From: Octopus vulgaris
Lineage: Eukaryota
Reading direction: 5' to 3'
DNA: 64,000 nt
Assembly (NCBI GenBank): GCA_951406725.2
Contig: OX597825.1
Coordinates: 31,992,001-32,056,000 of the forward strand
In this document: piece by piece, positions 52,904-63,007 of the stretch
Layout: each line of letters begins with the position of its first letter
How positions within the stretch are numbered: position 1 is the stretch's first letter
Position numbers and translations under genes: made by a program
The notes under the pieces: model-generated
Told to the model about the DNA's origin: nothing
Database searches by the model: none
The model's input: only the letters and a program-made list of their open reading frames with translations

Positions 52904-53046
52904 GAAATGGGAAAAAATCTCAACAACTCATATTTGTTTTATGTCACAAACATTGTAGAATATTTATGAAATTTAAATAAACCTGTTCTATTTTTGAAAC
53001 TCTTGTTTTTCAGGTTACCATTAAAGTGCCTCCGAAGAATTCTTAG
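15644..53046 (+). CDS. ALDH2: Aldehyde dehydrogenase, ALDH2-type (mitochondrial), 14 exons, 521 aa: join(15644-15769,21679-21783,23821-23961,25777-25856,32206-32255,37684-37745,40312-40440,41111-41224,41867-41969,43895-44079,44811-44975,48130-48287,50673-50787,53014-53046)
   Basis: Manual splicing gives a 1566-nt open frame with all introns GT-AG. Motifs [35 protein letters not shown] (catalytic Glu), [13 protein letters not shown] (catalytic Cys), [22 protein letters not shown], end [10 protein letters not shown]. Arg/Ser-rich N-terminal leader. Confidence 0.93.
16061..16227. mobile_element. Fold-back MITE
   Basis: attctgtgttaatgccttattaattaacactcaccggttccatttc is inverted at 16182-16227, with inner hairpin tttcgttgcttc/gaagcaacgaaa. 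Confidence 0.75.
17328..17957. mobile_element. MITE with ~220 bp imperfect TIRs and 8-bp TSD
   Basis: Ends GACACTTCTTTAGAAG...CTTCTAAAGAAGCGTC. GAGTTTGG at 17320-17327 and 17958-17965. Confidence 0.8.
18627..18680 (+). CDS. Candidate alternative first coding exon of ALDH2 (leaderless isoform)
   Basis: aaaagaATG...[18 protein letters not shown] then CAG|gtattt. Phase 0 and in frame with exon 2 (IFINNEF). Confidence 0.45.
21119..21452 (+). mobile_element. Helentron-associated (HINE/DINE-1-like) non-autonomous element
   Basis: 5' hairpin acctctgcctt/aaggaagaggt, core ggatttggatgaaactt, 3' subTIR ccttggcggaggt plus a short hairpin, T-rich flanks. Confidence 0.6.
21679..21783 (+). CDS. ALDH2: ALDH2 exon 2
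   Basis: ag|[35 protein letters not shown]|gtatgt. Confidence 0.95.
23355..23598 (+). repeat. (CA)n microsatellite with CGC interruptions
   Basis: Direct observation. Confidence 0.9.
23821..23961 (+). CDS. ALDH2: ALDH2 exon 3
   Basis: ag|[29 protein letters not shown]...KNYIA|gtaagt. Confidence 0.95.
24150..24420 (-). mobile_element. RTE 3'-end-derived short copy
   Basis: catcatcatc...ttaacatccg...catgggttggacggtt...gccaaccactcc is the reverse complement of the RTE tail. Confidence 0.75.
25777..25856 (+). CDS. ALDH2: ALDH2 exon 4
   Basis: ag|[27 protein letters not shown]|gtaaga. Confidence 0.95.
26749..27450 (+). repeat. Compound minisatellite: 18-mer (actcacattcactcgttc)n grading into 15-mer (cctcactccttcgct)n
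   Basis: Direct observation of the periodicity. It explains the repetitive ORFs at 26672-27541. Confidence 0.9.
27986..30626 (+). mobile_element. Young 5'-truncated RTE-clade LINE (RT with inserted PHD-like finger; one frameshift; (GAT)n tail)
   Basis: ORFs 28142-29008 and 29044-30381 join across a frameshift near 28940 ([15 protein letters not shown]). Motifs [53 protein letters not shown]. Confidence 0.93.
32206..32255 (+). CDS. ALDH2: ALDH2 exon 5
   Basis: ag|(R)[16 protein letters not shown]|gtaag. Confidence 0.95.
35971..36278 (+). repeat. ~305 bp direct duplication, second copy at 40568-40872
   Basis: ttttctgcttctga.ccagaactg...ttgtaagaagcca is nearly identical in introns 5 and 7. 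Confidence 0.9.
36570..37345. mobile_element. 5'-inverted RTE LINE fragment (36570-36906 minus, 36907-37345 plus)
   Basis: Minus part GVLQ..LAPYLF..YADD...KKTELQV continues on the plus strand as [27 protein letters not shown]. Confidence 0.85.
37684..37745 (+). CDS. ALDH2: ALDH2 exon 6
   Basis: ag|(R)[20 protein letters not shown]|gtaag. Confidence 0.95.
37800..38563 (-). mobile_element. Truncated Ty3/Gypsy element: 5' LTR, PBS and gag N-terminus
   Basis: LTR-like TGTTGTG start at 38563, PBS TGGTGACGAG (38294-38303), then Q-rich gag-like ORF ...SIEEFTY...AYFRRHE.IF...[10 protein letters not shown]...[11 protein letters not shown]. Confidence 0.7.
38990..39720 (+). mobile_element. Tandem degenerate family B SINEs
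   Basis: Repeated gagttcaaattcc.../ttgag.actg.gg..gatgtaat.../ggccttgtg/(att)n modules. Confidence 0.6.
39775..40103 (+). mobile_element. RTE 3'-end-derived short copy with internal duplication
   Basis: caccatccgagcgtggcc..tgccagcctcgtctggcac repeated, then the RTE tail and (GAT)n. Further copies at 45525-45768 and 52545-52760. Confidence 0.8.
40312..40440 (+). CDS. ALDH2: ALDH2 exon 7
   Basis: ag|[43 protein letters not shown]|gtaagg. Confidence 0.96.
41111..41224 (+). CDS. ALDH2: ALDH2 exon 8
   Basis: ag|[38 protein letters not shown]|gtaggt. Confidence 0.96.
41867..41969 (+). CDS. ALDH2: ALDH2 exon 9
   Basis: ag|[34 protein letters not shown]|gtaag. Confidence 0.96.
42705..43104 (+). 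mobile_element. Full-length tRNA-derived SINE (family A) with central TA/TG microsatellite
   Basis: Pol III A-box-like tggctgtatggtaa, B-box-like ggttcagtgcc, body ...gcggtgctccagcatggccgcagtc..gactgaaac, (aagagta)n tail. Other copies at 56911-57270 and 57403-57786. Confidence 0.85.
43895..44079 (+). CDS. ALDH2: ALDH2 exon 10 (catalytic Cys)
   Basis: ag|(M)[29 protein letters not shown]...SEQGPQ|gtgagt. Confidence 0.96.
44811..44975 (+). CDS. ALDH2: ALDH2 exon 11
   Basis: ag|[27 protein letters not shown]...[22 protein letters not shown]|gtaag. Confidence 0.96.
46432..47240 (+). mobile_element. Head-to-tail array of ~4 family B SINEs (Nin-domain-like)
   Basis: Units start near 46432, 46661, 46883 and (partial) 47060. 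Each ends ccttgtgcctat.gtagaaaggattattatt. Confidence 0.8.
48130..48287 (+). CDS. ALDH2: ALDH2 exon 12
   Basis: ag|[32 protein letters not shown]...RAGTVW|gtaatt. Confidence 0.96.
48666..48887 (+). mobile_element. Young family B SINE with 17-bp TSD, nested in an older SINE
   Basis: aggtaat(a/g)tcaatttga at 48649-48665 and 48888-48904. Body contains gcctttcatcctttcgggg..gataaattaagtacc. Confidence 0.8.
50063..50284. mobile_element. piggyBac-like MITE (TTAA TSD)
   Basis: TTAA|CCCTTTTGATACCA...TGGTAACAAAAGGG|TTAA. Related copies near 22061-22265 and 30915-31126. Confidence 0.75.
50673..50787 (+). CDS. ALDH2: ALDH2 exon 13
   Basis: ag|(W)[38 protein letters not shown]|gtgagt. Confidence 0.96.
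51217..51363. repeat. Hairpin with internal tandem 21-mer (tttggattctttgccattaaa)x3
   Basis: ttatagatgttttcg.tctagt.tggattctttgccattaaatttg is inverted at 51318-51363. Confidence 0.85.
53014..53046 (+). CDS. ALDH2: ALDH2 exon 14 (stop)
   Basis: cag|[13 protein letters not shown]. Confidence 0.93.
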   Translation, partial: VTIKVPPKNS

Positions 53047-53377
53047 ATTGAAGTTTTGCAGACTCAAAAATACAAGCAACTTCTACGTATTCATAAATTT
53101 TCTTTTCCTCTCTCTCACACATAGTGTGTGTGTGTATATGTTCGAAAATGCAATAAAAACCTTTTCAAAAGGAACAAATTTTAGTAGGAATACTTGCACA
53201 CAGATATAATGAACTGAAAAATGGGTGTTTAATGTGTATTGATAGTGTGTGGAATATTCAATTGTCTGCAGAAGATAGATGAATATATATGGTCGCACAC
53301 ATATATTTTTTTTATTATATTTTTCTCCTTAAGAAATCCTACAGAATATCTCTGTAGAACAATCATGTATTACAAGA

Positions 53378-53383
53378 AATAAA
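53378..53383 (+). terminator. Candidate ALDH2 polyadenylation signal (alternative AATAAA at 53152-53157)
   Basis: AATAAA followed by a T/GT-rich tract. Confidence 0.5.
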
Positions 53384-54524
53384 GAGCTTATACTTTTTAT
53401 CTTGTGTATTCTGGTATCATTTCATATTTATTACCAAACAACGAAAGGATGGAAGAATTTAGTGTGTCACACTGTGTCTAGTAGTGAAACATTAGCAATG
53501 AAGTGAAAATATTTAAAGAACGATCAGTTACCGTATTTACTTGTGTACATAAGTTGCACTATTTTCTATTTGATTTTTAACTGAAAAAACTGGACTGCAA
53601 ATTGTACATTGGGGCAACTCTTAAACTATGAAGGGAAAAAAATTTGTACCAAGATTTAGAACCAAATTAGGAGTGTAACTTATACATGGAGCAATGCTTA
53701 AACTATGAAAGGAAAACGTTTAATACTAAGTTCTGATTGTGATTCATACACAAATAAATGTAAATATACCCAACTGGGTCTCTTGTGTTAGTAACTGTTC
53801 TCATTAATTAATACAGTGTTGGATCCCAGGTACATTTAGAACAGTTTTGAGCTGGGTTCCCAAGTTGTGTGGGTTGCTTGGCCAACTACTCAGTAGCTCT
53901 GTGCCATAAGGTGGCACTGTCAACTGTAATATTTTCATTCTTTTTAATGTATGCCTTTCATGAGCCAAATAGAATTTGCTATGGTGAATTTTCTGCAGCT
54001 GGACGTTCTTCCTGTTGCCAGACCTCACCCATTTCCCAGAAAGATTGCCAACAAAGGACTCAGCTGGCATGATGATGACACCTGTTTACCAATATCACAT
54101 GATATCAAGGCATTGTAGCAGTAACAAACACACACACACACACATGTCTATGCAACAGGCTTTTTCCAGTTTCTGCTTATGTAATATAATAAGGCTTTGA
54201 TTAGTGCAGCTAGCGTGGAGGATAACTGCCAAAGGGTTATACTGTGCAACAGTCTAGAATCATGTGGCTGGAAAGCAAATTTCTTATCATAGCCTTCCCT
54301 AGGCCTATTTATATTTTGTTATACACATACTTAATCATAATTAATAAAGCAATAAGTAATAATTTATATATTTTCTGAGTTTTTAAGTTTAAAATACAGT
54401 TTTAAACTTAAGTTGTGCCTCTCCCTTTTTTTAAAAATTTTCTAGATGAGGTGTACCGGTAATTTTTTAAATAATATTTGATCACCAGTGCACCATGCAG
54501 TCAAAAAGATTTAAAGCTGTTGTT

Positions 54525-54789
54525 TTAGGGTGTAGTGACGCCATTTTGGAAGTCTTCAGCATGCATGTACAGAGTTGGATTCTTCCAGGAGTCCTGCCGG
54601 AAGTTCCTGCCTGTGCAGAGAACTAGCAGCAGCAAAATTTTCCGCCTATCAATCTCTCTTGAAGCTGACAGTCGAATAGAACGGACGCTGCCACCACGTG
54701 ATGCTACACTATGCTGGAATGAGACTGGATTTGGGTCACTCCATTTAGCTACAGCAACTAGCTCCATGGCTATCGGTTTGCCCTGAAGG

Positions 54790-54820
<31 letters not shown>

Positions 54821-54860
54821 CGAATCCAGAAAAATAAAAATATTTATGTTGTTGAATACG
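54525..54860 (-). repeat. Unclassified interspersed repeat; uninterrupted paralog of 27935-27985 + 30627-30905
   Basis: Reverse complement reads tttttctggattcgcaataa(ta)n tccttcagggc.aaccg.tagccatgg...gctgaagactt.caaaatggc.tcactaca. A diverged copy lies at ~2010-2100. Confidence 0.8.
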
Positions 54861-56468
54861 CTACAAGGGTTTCACAATCTGGAAGGACTACAAAATAATT
54901 AAGGTGTATTCATGACTCTTTGAACTTCTTATCCATGCACACGTGTGTATGTATGTACAATTGAGTGCACATTTGAAACTGCTTGTACAAAAGTGTGGTG
55001 GGCAGTGGTTTTTTTCAGTTTCTCCTATCAGCAAGTCATCCATTCACTTTATACTTTGAAGCCATGTGAAATAAGAGATCCTTTACTTGAAAAACAGAAA
55101 GACAATCTACTTGAAAAAAACAATGCTGAAAATATACTTGTTCAGCCCTAGCAATAACGGGTGCAGAACAGACATTTCCAACCTTTCTACATGCTTCAGA
55201 TGTAACTTTTTTAACCATCTTTGGGTTTTTCCAAGTCTACATTGAATATTGAGGTTTAGACTTGATCCTGCACCAAGCTTAATACCAACTGAATCTGGTA
55301 AGGCCCATCTGTTGCAAGCATTTGGATCAAGCTTTTTTTTTTGTTTGCAGTTAAGATATGTATCTTTCTATTGCATGCAGCATCCCTTAAGCTTTTGTCT
55401 TTATCTTTTCTTCGCAAAAGGCTCCACCACCAAAAGGCCAGTCAGGCACAACACTTCCTTTGCCTAAAACATTTAAAGTGCTCCCTTGATAAGGGCCAAG
55501 GAACCCCTTGTTCCATGTGTGGAATTTTTGACTCCAAATTTGCATGTACTTGCTGATATTTCTGTAAAACTTTCATGAAAAGGGTATCAAACCTCAAAAA
55601 TGAGACTAATTTAACACAAAGTGTAGTGGATTGTTAAGGGTATCAAATAAAATGTTGTGGTACTTAGTTAAGGTCCTTTGCATTCTTGGTTCAAATAACA
55701 GAGGTTGACAAAGAAAATGGCACCGTCCAGTACTGGCATAAATAACATCATTCACTCTCTCCTCATTAATTTCTGACTTGTTGGTTCCCAGCAGAAATCC
55801 ATATGTTTCAGTTACATATGAATAAGTAAAATTGAAGATTCATTAATTTTCTCAATACAGATGCTCCCAACAGCTTACATGTAAATTTGTATCAGGTTCT
55901 GAAGCAGTTCCCCAGCCCTACTTTCAATGAAAAATCATTTTAATTAACTTCAACTAATTAGCAGTATGTATTAAAAAGCATAGGAATAGGTTGCAGTCTC
56001 CCTCAAAGTTTAATTGCCACCCAATGTAGGCATGAAAGGTGCCAAATTTCTTCTGAGCTCTCATACCTGTTTTTTTACAATGGGGTGGTGGTGACCAGGG
56101 CTGGATGCAGGATTCTTAATATTGGCTTGTGGTTGTTGTGATGCAGTTACAGGTGACCTTCAGCCCATTGGACTTTCTGAATGGCATCTCTAATGAAAAA
56201 CTACCTTCAATTTTCCATAGTAGTGTGGCTCACTTGACAATAGGTCATGTCTCATACAGTCCACTTTTCAAAAAAAAAGGTTACCCAGCCATGACTGACC
56301 AACTATAATCAAAGATGTTCCGTACAAGACATTGTTGTCCTTGATTTAGGGGAGATTTAGCTGCAATTTCTTTTTGTAGGTTGAGCAATCACATAGTGGC
56401 TCCTGCTTGAAATGGCACATTCCATGGGATTAAGGGGTGGCTAATCCCTATTCTCTTGATATTGCTGA

Positions 56469-56820
56469 AGATCTGTCTGGAGAAGAGGAGCCTGCCGCAA
56501 AGAGTGTTTGGAAAAAGACAGACGACAGTGTTAAGAAAGATGAGAATGCACGAGGCTGTGCTTGCACGGTTGGTCGGAGCATAAAAGGAAGGAAAAAGAC
56601 TACCAAAAGTGATAACCACCCGTTGGGTTAATTCACTAACCCGGACCCAAATTTCAACCGACCATCATTTTATTTTTAACTCTCATCCACAAAATATATA
56701 TAAATCCATCCGTTTTTTTCATAATGTAAATAAGAAGCGTGTTTGTACCCTAAATGTCCCTTGTCAGTCCTTGTAATGTCCCCTCTATTTAAACCCTTTT
56801 TATAAGGAAATAAAGAGATA
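56469..56820 (+). mobile_element. 5'-truncated non-LTR insertion with 17-bp TSD
   Basis: tctcttgatattgctga at 56452-56468 and 56821-56837. The insert ends with AATAAA in an A-rich tail. Confidence 0.6.
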
Positions 56821-57924
56821 TCTCTTGATATTGCTGACCATACAAGCATAAGATAACCATTGATATCACATTCACTTTACTCAGGAAGAACATTCAAGCT
56901 GTAAAGCACTAGGCGCAACAGTATGGTAAGAAGTTTGCTTTCCAAACACACGGTACCTTGGGCAAGTGTCTTCTATTATAGCACCATGCAAAGCAAAGCC
57001 TTGTGAGTGGATTTGGTAGGCAGAAACTAAAAGAGCCCCATCGTATGGTGTGTGAGTGTGTGTTTGCATTCGTTCCCTACCACTGCTTGACAACTAGCAT
57101 TGGTTTGTTTGCATCCTTGTAATTTAATGGTTCAGTAAAAGAGACTGATTGAATAAGTATCACACATAAAAGTAACTAATTACTGGGGTCAATTTGTTTG
57201 ACTAACCTTTCAAGGGGATGCTCCAGCTCAGCTTGACCGCAGTCCAATGACTAAAACAAATAAAAGATATGCATATGCGTGTGTGTATGTGTGCATGCGT
57301 TCGCGAATGTTGTCTAGAAGAAGGGATTGTTGTCAATGCCTTCACTGAGACTCCAAGACACAGTTAATGTTTCTCTGGAGCAAAAGGCAACTTGACAACA
57401 GACAGAGTGGCTGTGTAGTAAGTAGCTTGCTTAAGAACCACATGGTTCCAGTTCAGTCCCACTGCGTGGTACCTTGGGCAAGTGTCTTCCACTATAGCCT
57501 CAAGCCGACCAAAGCCTTGTGAGTGGATTTGGTAGACGGGAACCGAAAGAAACCTGTCGTGTATATATATATATATATGTATGTATGTGTGTGTATATGT
57601 TTGTGTGTCTGTGTTTGTCCCCCCAACATCGCTTGACAACCGTTGCTGGTGTGTTTACGTCCCCGCAACTTAGTGGTTCGGCAAAAGAGATCGATAGAAT
57701 AAGTACTAGGCTTCCAAAGAATAAAGGCAGTGCTCCAGCATGGCCACAGTCAAATGACTGAAACAAGTAAAAGAGAGTAAAGAGTAATGGTAGAAAAGGG
57801 AACAAGAGAATTCCAGAGAATGGGACTTCTGAAAAAAGGCTGAATGTATTGGTTAATGAGGGGTTTATAAAGTGGCTGCGGTAGAGTGGAACAAAAAAGA
57901 GAGATGAATGAATAGTATGTGACA

Positions 57925-58275
57925 TGACACTACCCAAGTGAGCTCACCCCACCCCATCGACTTTGTTTCCTCATAACTTTCAGAAAATGAATATTTTTCA
58001 GATGGTGTAAATTACGATTATATCGGAATTCAAGGCGGAAAAATGGAGAGGCACATACATACTGATATGCATCACATATAGATTTACAAAATGAAACTTG
58101 AAATTTTGAAAAAAAAACTTATCTGATGCGGTTTTTTTCCACATTAAAATACGATATAATCGTAACCCATTCCACCAGAAAGATATCTGTAGAAAATATC
58201 ATTGAAAGATGTCCATTTTTATGAAAGTTATGAGGAAACAAAGTCAGTGTGGGGGAATACTTGTGTAGCTATGTC
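57925..58275. mobile_element. MITE with imperfect TIRs, related copy at ~14960-15110
   Basis: gactttgtttcctcataactttca pairs with tgaaagttatgaggaaacaaagtc. Confidence 0.7.
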
Positions 58276-58481
58276 TTAGTGTAATATTGGTATTAATAAT
58301 TAATAATAAAGGACTCGTTATTTCATGCTTTTATTCATTCAGTTAAATACATAAAGTAATTTCTTACATCGTTTATTTTGTTGTTGGTTTTTCTTTCAAA
58401 CGCATAGCTTCTGCTAGCAGTTCAACTCACCTAACTTCTTTATATATATATAAATTATTTAACTATAAATATTCGACATGC

Positions 58482-60530
58482 TTACGGACATGCATAACAA
58501 CGATATTCCATATCACACCAACAAACCGAACAATATCGCGACATACAGTTCATGTTGCTGCACAGTTGACCAGCACCATTTTTCAATTTGTCAGCACATA
58601 TTAAACAAACTGGTTTCATTCCAGGCAGTCTTTTCAGACAGGAGTCTAGTCGTGGAAAAGTACGAATTAGTGCATTTATCAACCCGTGTTTTTCTGCAAG
58701 TCTTTTTTGTTTGGCTAAACTACTAACATATTCCTTCATATAATTGATGTAACCCCGCCGTTTTTTTAATGTGCTATTATAAAGGTAAAGGATTCTGGAT
58801 TTCTCTCGACGACGAAAGAAAAATGCAGCAATCAGACGGCGTAATCGTAGAGCAAATGACTCCGATAACATGAGAAACCAGACGGCAATATAAAAAGCCA
58901 GAGTTTGGTATATAATACGTTTATCAGTCTTAACTGGTTTAGGTAGACAAAGGAAATTGGTGGTAATTTCGTCGATCGTGTGTTTTTGTGTGAAACTATT
59001 CAGCATTGTCCTTACTATGTCGCTCATAAAACCACTTCCGAGAATAGCAACTTCGATTTTCTGGAAACCCTTTTGGTGGTAATCAATTCGACTTTGGTTT
59101 TTGATGATATTAAGAACGGTATAAATGATCCAATCAAACATTACAATATTAAGAATCACCACATAACGAACAATCAGCATCAATGTACCGCTGATGATTT
59201 TCTTTCTTTCTCCTTTTAATATTCTGCAGCTTAAAGGAGTAACGAGAGTATTCTCTTCAAATTTCCGCAAAGGAAGCAATGTCATTTTACCAGCCATAGC
59301 TCTACGTATGTCGATTCTCCGGAAGTAAGCAGTTATGTAGATATTATCGAAGTTTAAATCCACAAGATAGTTCTTTGTATAGCTGTAGGAATGGACGAGA
59401 ATTAGAAGAAAAGTGAATCCTAAGATATTCATCAACATATCTTGGAAGAAATTGATCCAAACTTGTCGTTTCTTGAAGGTGTGCATGATGCTTTTCTGGA
59501 GTTCTTTGAGTGTAGTTATGTTCACTCGTCTTTCCGGATCGATAACTTTGTATTGGAAATTCAATTGGTCGTTTGAACCAAAACTATCTAACATAGCTTT
59601 TTCCTGTACGTAGACTTCCCCAAATCCTGTTCCTAAGACAGGCATCGAATCGCAAGTGTATCCAATAAGATTTGGAACAAGCTTAAATACATTGCAGACG
59701 AAATTGAAAGCGACGATTTGACAAACAATCGGGCCAATAACTTTAACTTTATCTATACATTTGTTATATATGTTGTCGATTGCTTGTTTGCAGTTATTGA
59801 TGCCACTGTTGAAGATACTTTGACAGCGATAATCACTCTTTTTGGCATAGCGCTTTTCGATCGTGTCCGCATCCGTGTCGTCTGCTTCTATTTTTCGTTT
59901 ATTTTCTATCATATCAACGCGGGGCTCATTTCGCTGGTTTTTATCGATAGCTTCAGTCTCTTCTTTCAAAGATCTAACTTCAGTTTGGCTTTCTATTTCA
60001 TCCTCTATTTTACTAAACGATTGTTTCATTTTGTTAGAAAGTTTTGTCAGCTTGCTATCTGATTTTTTTAGTTCAAAAAGAGCAGTCTCCAACGGTTTTC
60101 GGCTGAACTCGAACCTTGAAACGGAATGGTTCCTTATCAGTTCCGATGCACATCTAAAAGACGAAACAACTATTTTACCGTTGAGCACAATACTATTGAT
60201 TGGCCCCTGTACTAAATACATTACAGCGATTGTATGGATAAAAGAACGGCCCCCTCTTCCGAATAAATTGGGAACAACCAGCCACGCCATACATCGCACT
60301 TGTGCTGAAAATGCATAGCCAAAGGAATATAGTATGCAAAATATTGCTCCTAGGTATTGCTGGATCAATACGGGTAAACTTGATTGGCTAAGAATAACTA
60401 CGTAAAATGCCAAACTGATAAAAAGTCCGATTGGAAATCCTACAATGGCTTTAAGCCATCGATATTCTGATGGATCTGATTTGAGAACTTTGATGATAGA
60501 ATATTTCAGCTTTGTAACAGACTGCCCCAT
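58482..60530 (-). CDS. DCST1: Intronless DC-STAMP domain protein, DCST1/sneaky-like (682 aa)
   Basis: Long ATG-initiated ORF with N-terminal TM segments, RC...P..FGRGGR, six-Cys extracellular region, YL.D..FDNIYIT.YF..ID.RR...G...LLPL...E, CLP.P, RLRRLIAAFFF..REK.RI.YLY, and a C-terminal Cys8 RING-like finger. Confidence 0.85.
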   Translation of the reverse strand: MGQSVTKLKYSIIKVLKSDPSEYRWLKAIVGFPIGLFISLAFYVVILSQSSLPVLIQQYLGAIFCILYSFGYAFSAQVRCMAWLVVPNLFGRGGRSFIHTIAVMYLVQGPINSIVLNGKIVVSSFRCASELIRNHSVSRFEFSRKPLETALFELKKSDSKLTKLSNKMKQSFSKIEDEIESQTEVRSLKEETEAIDKNQRNEPRVDMIENKRKIEADDTDADTIEKRYAKKSDYRCQSIFNSGINNCKQAIDNIYNKCIDKVKVIGPIVCQIVAFNFVCNVFKLVPNLIGYTCDSMPVLGTGFGEVYVQEKAMLDSFGSNDQLNFQYKVIDPERRVNITTLKELQKSIMHTFKKRQVWINFFQDMLMNILGFTFLLILVHSYSYTKNYLVDLNFDNIYITAYFRRIDIRRAMAGKMTLLPLRKFEENTLVTPLSCRILKGERKKIISGTLMLIVRYVVILNIVMFDWIIYTVLNIIKNQSRIDYHQKGFQKIEVAILGSGFMSDIVRTMLNSFTQKHTIDEITTNFLCLPKPVKTDKRIIYQTLAFYIAVWFLMLSESFALRLRRLIAAFFFRRREKSRILYLYNSTLKKRRGYINYMKEYVSSLAKQKRLAEKHGLINALIRTFPRLDSCLKRLPGMKPVCLICADKLKNGAGQLCSNMNCMSRYCSVCWCDMEYRCYACP

Positions 60531-60966
60531 TACTTCAAGTTTTGAATATATTTTGTTTGAAATTTTCTCTCATCAGTTTCACCCTCTCTTTCTTTCCATC
60601 TGTCTGTCTCCCTCTCTATCCATCCCTCTCAATCTTTTATCTCTTTCTTCCAAGCGTAGTAAAGTGGTGGCGTTTGAAACGCTCTTGTTCAAATCGACAA
60701 ATTGTTTTAACATTCTTTTTTTATAATCATGTGCGAAAAAAGAAGAAAAAAAAATAGAAAACAGAAAACCAAACATCTATTCAACACTCAAGTGCATCAA
60801 TCGATCGCATACCATAAGGATTATCAGAATTTATTGAAGTAAGCCAATATACTCACGGCATTATTACGGATGATGGTGATGCTAAGGCGTTGGAACAGTA
60901 AAGCACTCTAACGGACATACCTGTGAGGGTTTAAACATTTGTTATAGAAACCCAAGGTAGGTACAC

Positions 60967-60975
60967 AAGATGGCG
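60967..60975 (+). promoter_or_regulatory. YY1-like motif AAGATGGCG upstream of the DCST1-like gene
   Basis: Consensus match only. Confidence 0.3.
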
Positions 60976-61296
60976 TCTTCCGATTGTTTTCTTCAAACTC
61001 TCTCTTTCTTTTCTCTCTTTTACTTGTTTCTGTCATTTGACTGCGGCCATGCTGGAGCACCACCTTTAATAGAGCAACTCGACCCCGAGACTTATTCTTT
61101 TGTAAGCCCAGTACTTATTCTATCGGTCTCTTTTGCCGAACCGCTAAGATACGGGGACATAAACACACCAGCATCGGTTGTCAAGCAATGCTAGGGGGAC
61201 AAATACAGACACACAAATACACACACGCATATATATATATATATATATGTTTATGAAATTAACCAAATTGTCTGAATTTTGAACGGTGGTCTGTTT

Positions 61297-61310
61297 GTTG
61301 CCATGGCAAC
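61297..61310. promoter_or_regulatory. Perfect RFX X-box GTTGCCATGGCAAC with adjacent ETS-like CTTCCG
   Basis: Exact 14-bp palindromic consensus, ~770 bp upstream of the DCST1-like ATG. Confidence 0.65.
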
Positions 61311-61659
61311 TGTGTCGACTTCCGCTCAAGAGGACTCGTTCCATTGGAAAGAGATGTAAAACGTAAAATGGTTCTATCTTGTTTCTTAATAATTTTTTGA
61401 AAAAAATAAAGGCATTATTCGTCATCAGCATCAAAAACTACATCAGCATGGGGATTTGAAAACAATCCATTGAGAATTGAAAAATCTTCAAGTAGGCTGT
61501 GTGGTAAGTAGCTTGTTTACCAACCACATGGTTCCAGGTTCAGTCCCACTCCGTGGTACCTTGGGCAAGTGTCTTGTATTATAGTCTCGAGCCGACCAAA
61601 GCCTTGTGAGTGGATTTGATAGACGGAAACTGAAATAAACCCGCCGTATATATGTATAT

Positions 61660-61793
<134 letters not shown>

Positions 61794-62131
61794 TACGACG
61801 GGCTTCTTTCAGTTTCTGTCTACCAAATCCACTCACAAGGCTTTGGTCGGCTCGAGACTATAGTAGAAGACACTTGCCCAAGGTACCACGCAGTGGGACT
61901 GAACCTGGAACCATGTGGTTGGTAAACAAGCTACTTACCACACAGCCTACTTGAAGATTTTTCAATTCTCAATGGATTGTTTTCAAATCCCCATGCTGAT
62001 GTAGTTTTTGATGCTGATGACGAATAATGCCTTTATTTTTTTCAAAAAATTATTAAGAAACAAGATAGAACCATTTTACGTTTTACATCTCTTTCCAATG
62101 GAACGAGTCCTCTTGAGCGGAAGTCGACACA

Positions 62132-62145
62132 GTTGCCATGGCAAC
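62132..62145. promoter_or_regulatory. Second copy of the RFX X-box
   Basis: Exact match in the right palindrome arm, preceded by CGGAAGT. Confidence 0.65.
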
Positions 62146-62554
62146 AAACAGACCACCGTTCAAAATTCAGACAATTTGGTTAATTTCATAAACATTCTAT
62201 TACATTGACAAGGGATCCGTGAAAGCATAATAGATTTTTATTTTTAATCTTGCATGCATTAATTTCAACTCTTCTTATTAATAACTGAAGTGTTTCATTC
62301 CAGGTAAGTTGACATCTAACTGTTCAAAGCAGACTTCAAGAGTAACTTCAAGAGTAACAAACAATCTGATTGGTTAAAATTCGCAGTTTTAATCTACGAT
62401 TAAAGTCATAAAATAGATTTTTCTCAAATAAACTAGTTCCAACCTGTGTCTTGTTTTGCTAGACTCTATCAGCATACGAAGTTTCAGATTATTTAGTTAA
62501 GTAGAAAGATCTGTGGTCCTGGCTTCAGAATTGAAAAGATCCACTTCTTTTGAA

Positions 62555-62725
62555 ATTGGACAAAATTTGGCATGATGGAGTTATGAAGTATTTGCCGAAA
62601 AAAAAAAAAGGTTTACCCCGAAGGACATTCATGCTGACATGGTTGCTACATTAAGGTATGTCGCTCCAGCTTTAACAGTGCAAAAGTGGACATCTGAATT
62701 CAGGTGGGGAAGCGAGTCTTGAAGA
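62555..62725 (+). mobile_element. Mariner transposase N-terminal (HTH) relic
   Basis: Frameshifted translation DKIWH.GVMKYL.KK..PKDIHADMVATL..APAL/TVQKWTSEFRWG..SLE. Confidence 0.65.
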
Positions 62726-63007
62726 GAAGAAAAATAGATTATATTACTTCTTCAACTGACAAATACACTGATCCCAGCACTAAGTCTTAATGAAACTTAT
62801 TTGCTTTTTTCTTCCTCTGAATGAGAAAACAAAATAGATTTTGCATCCATTTGGCAAGGTTGCGTGGTAAGATCCTTGGTTCACAACCATATGATTTTGA
62901 GGTTCAGTCCCAGTCTGTGGCACCATAGCCCTGGGTCAACGAAGCCTTGTGAGAGAACTTGGTATAATACATACATACATACATACATGCATACATACAT
63001 ACATACA

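Noticed and set aside
15644-53046. Identification as omega-crystallin
   Set aside because: The mitochondrial-type leader, intact CCC and ELGGKSP motifs, KNS C-terminus and last intron position favour ALDH2.
58478-60318. Plus-strand ORFs overlapping the DCST1-like gene
   Set aside because: Antisense shadows of the 682-aa ORF with no independent motifs.
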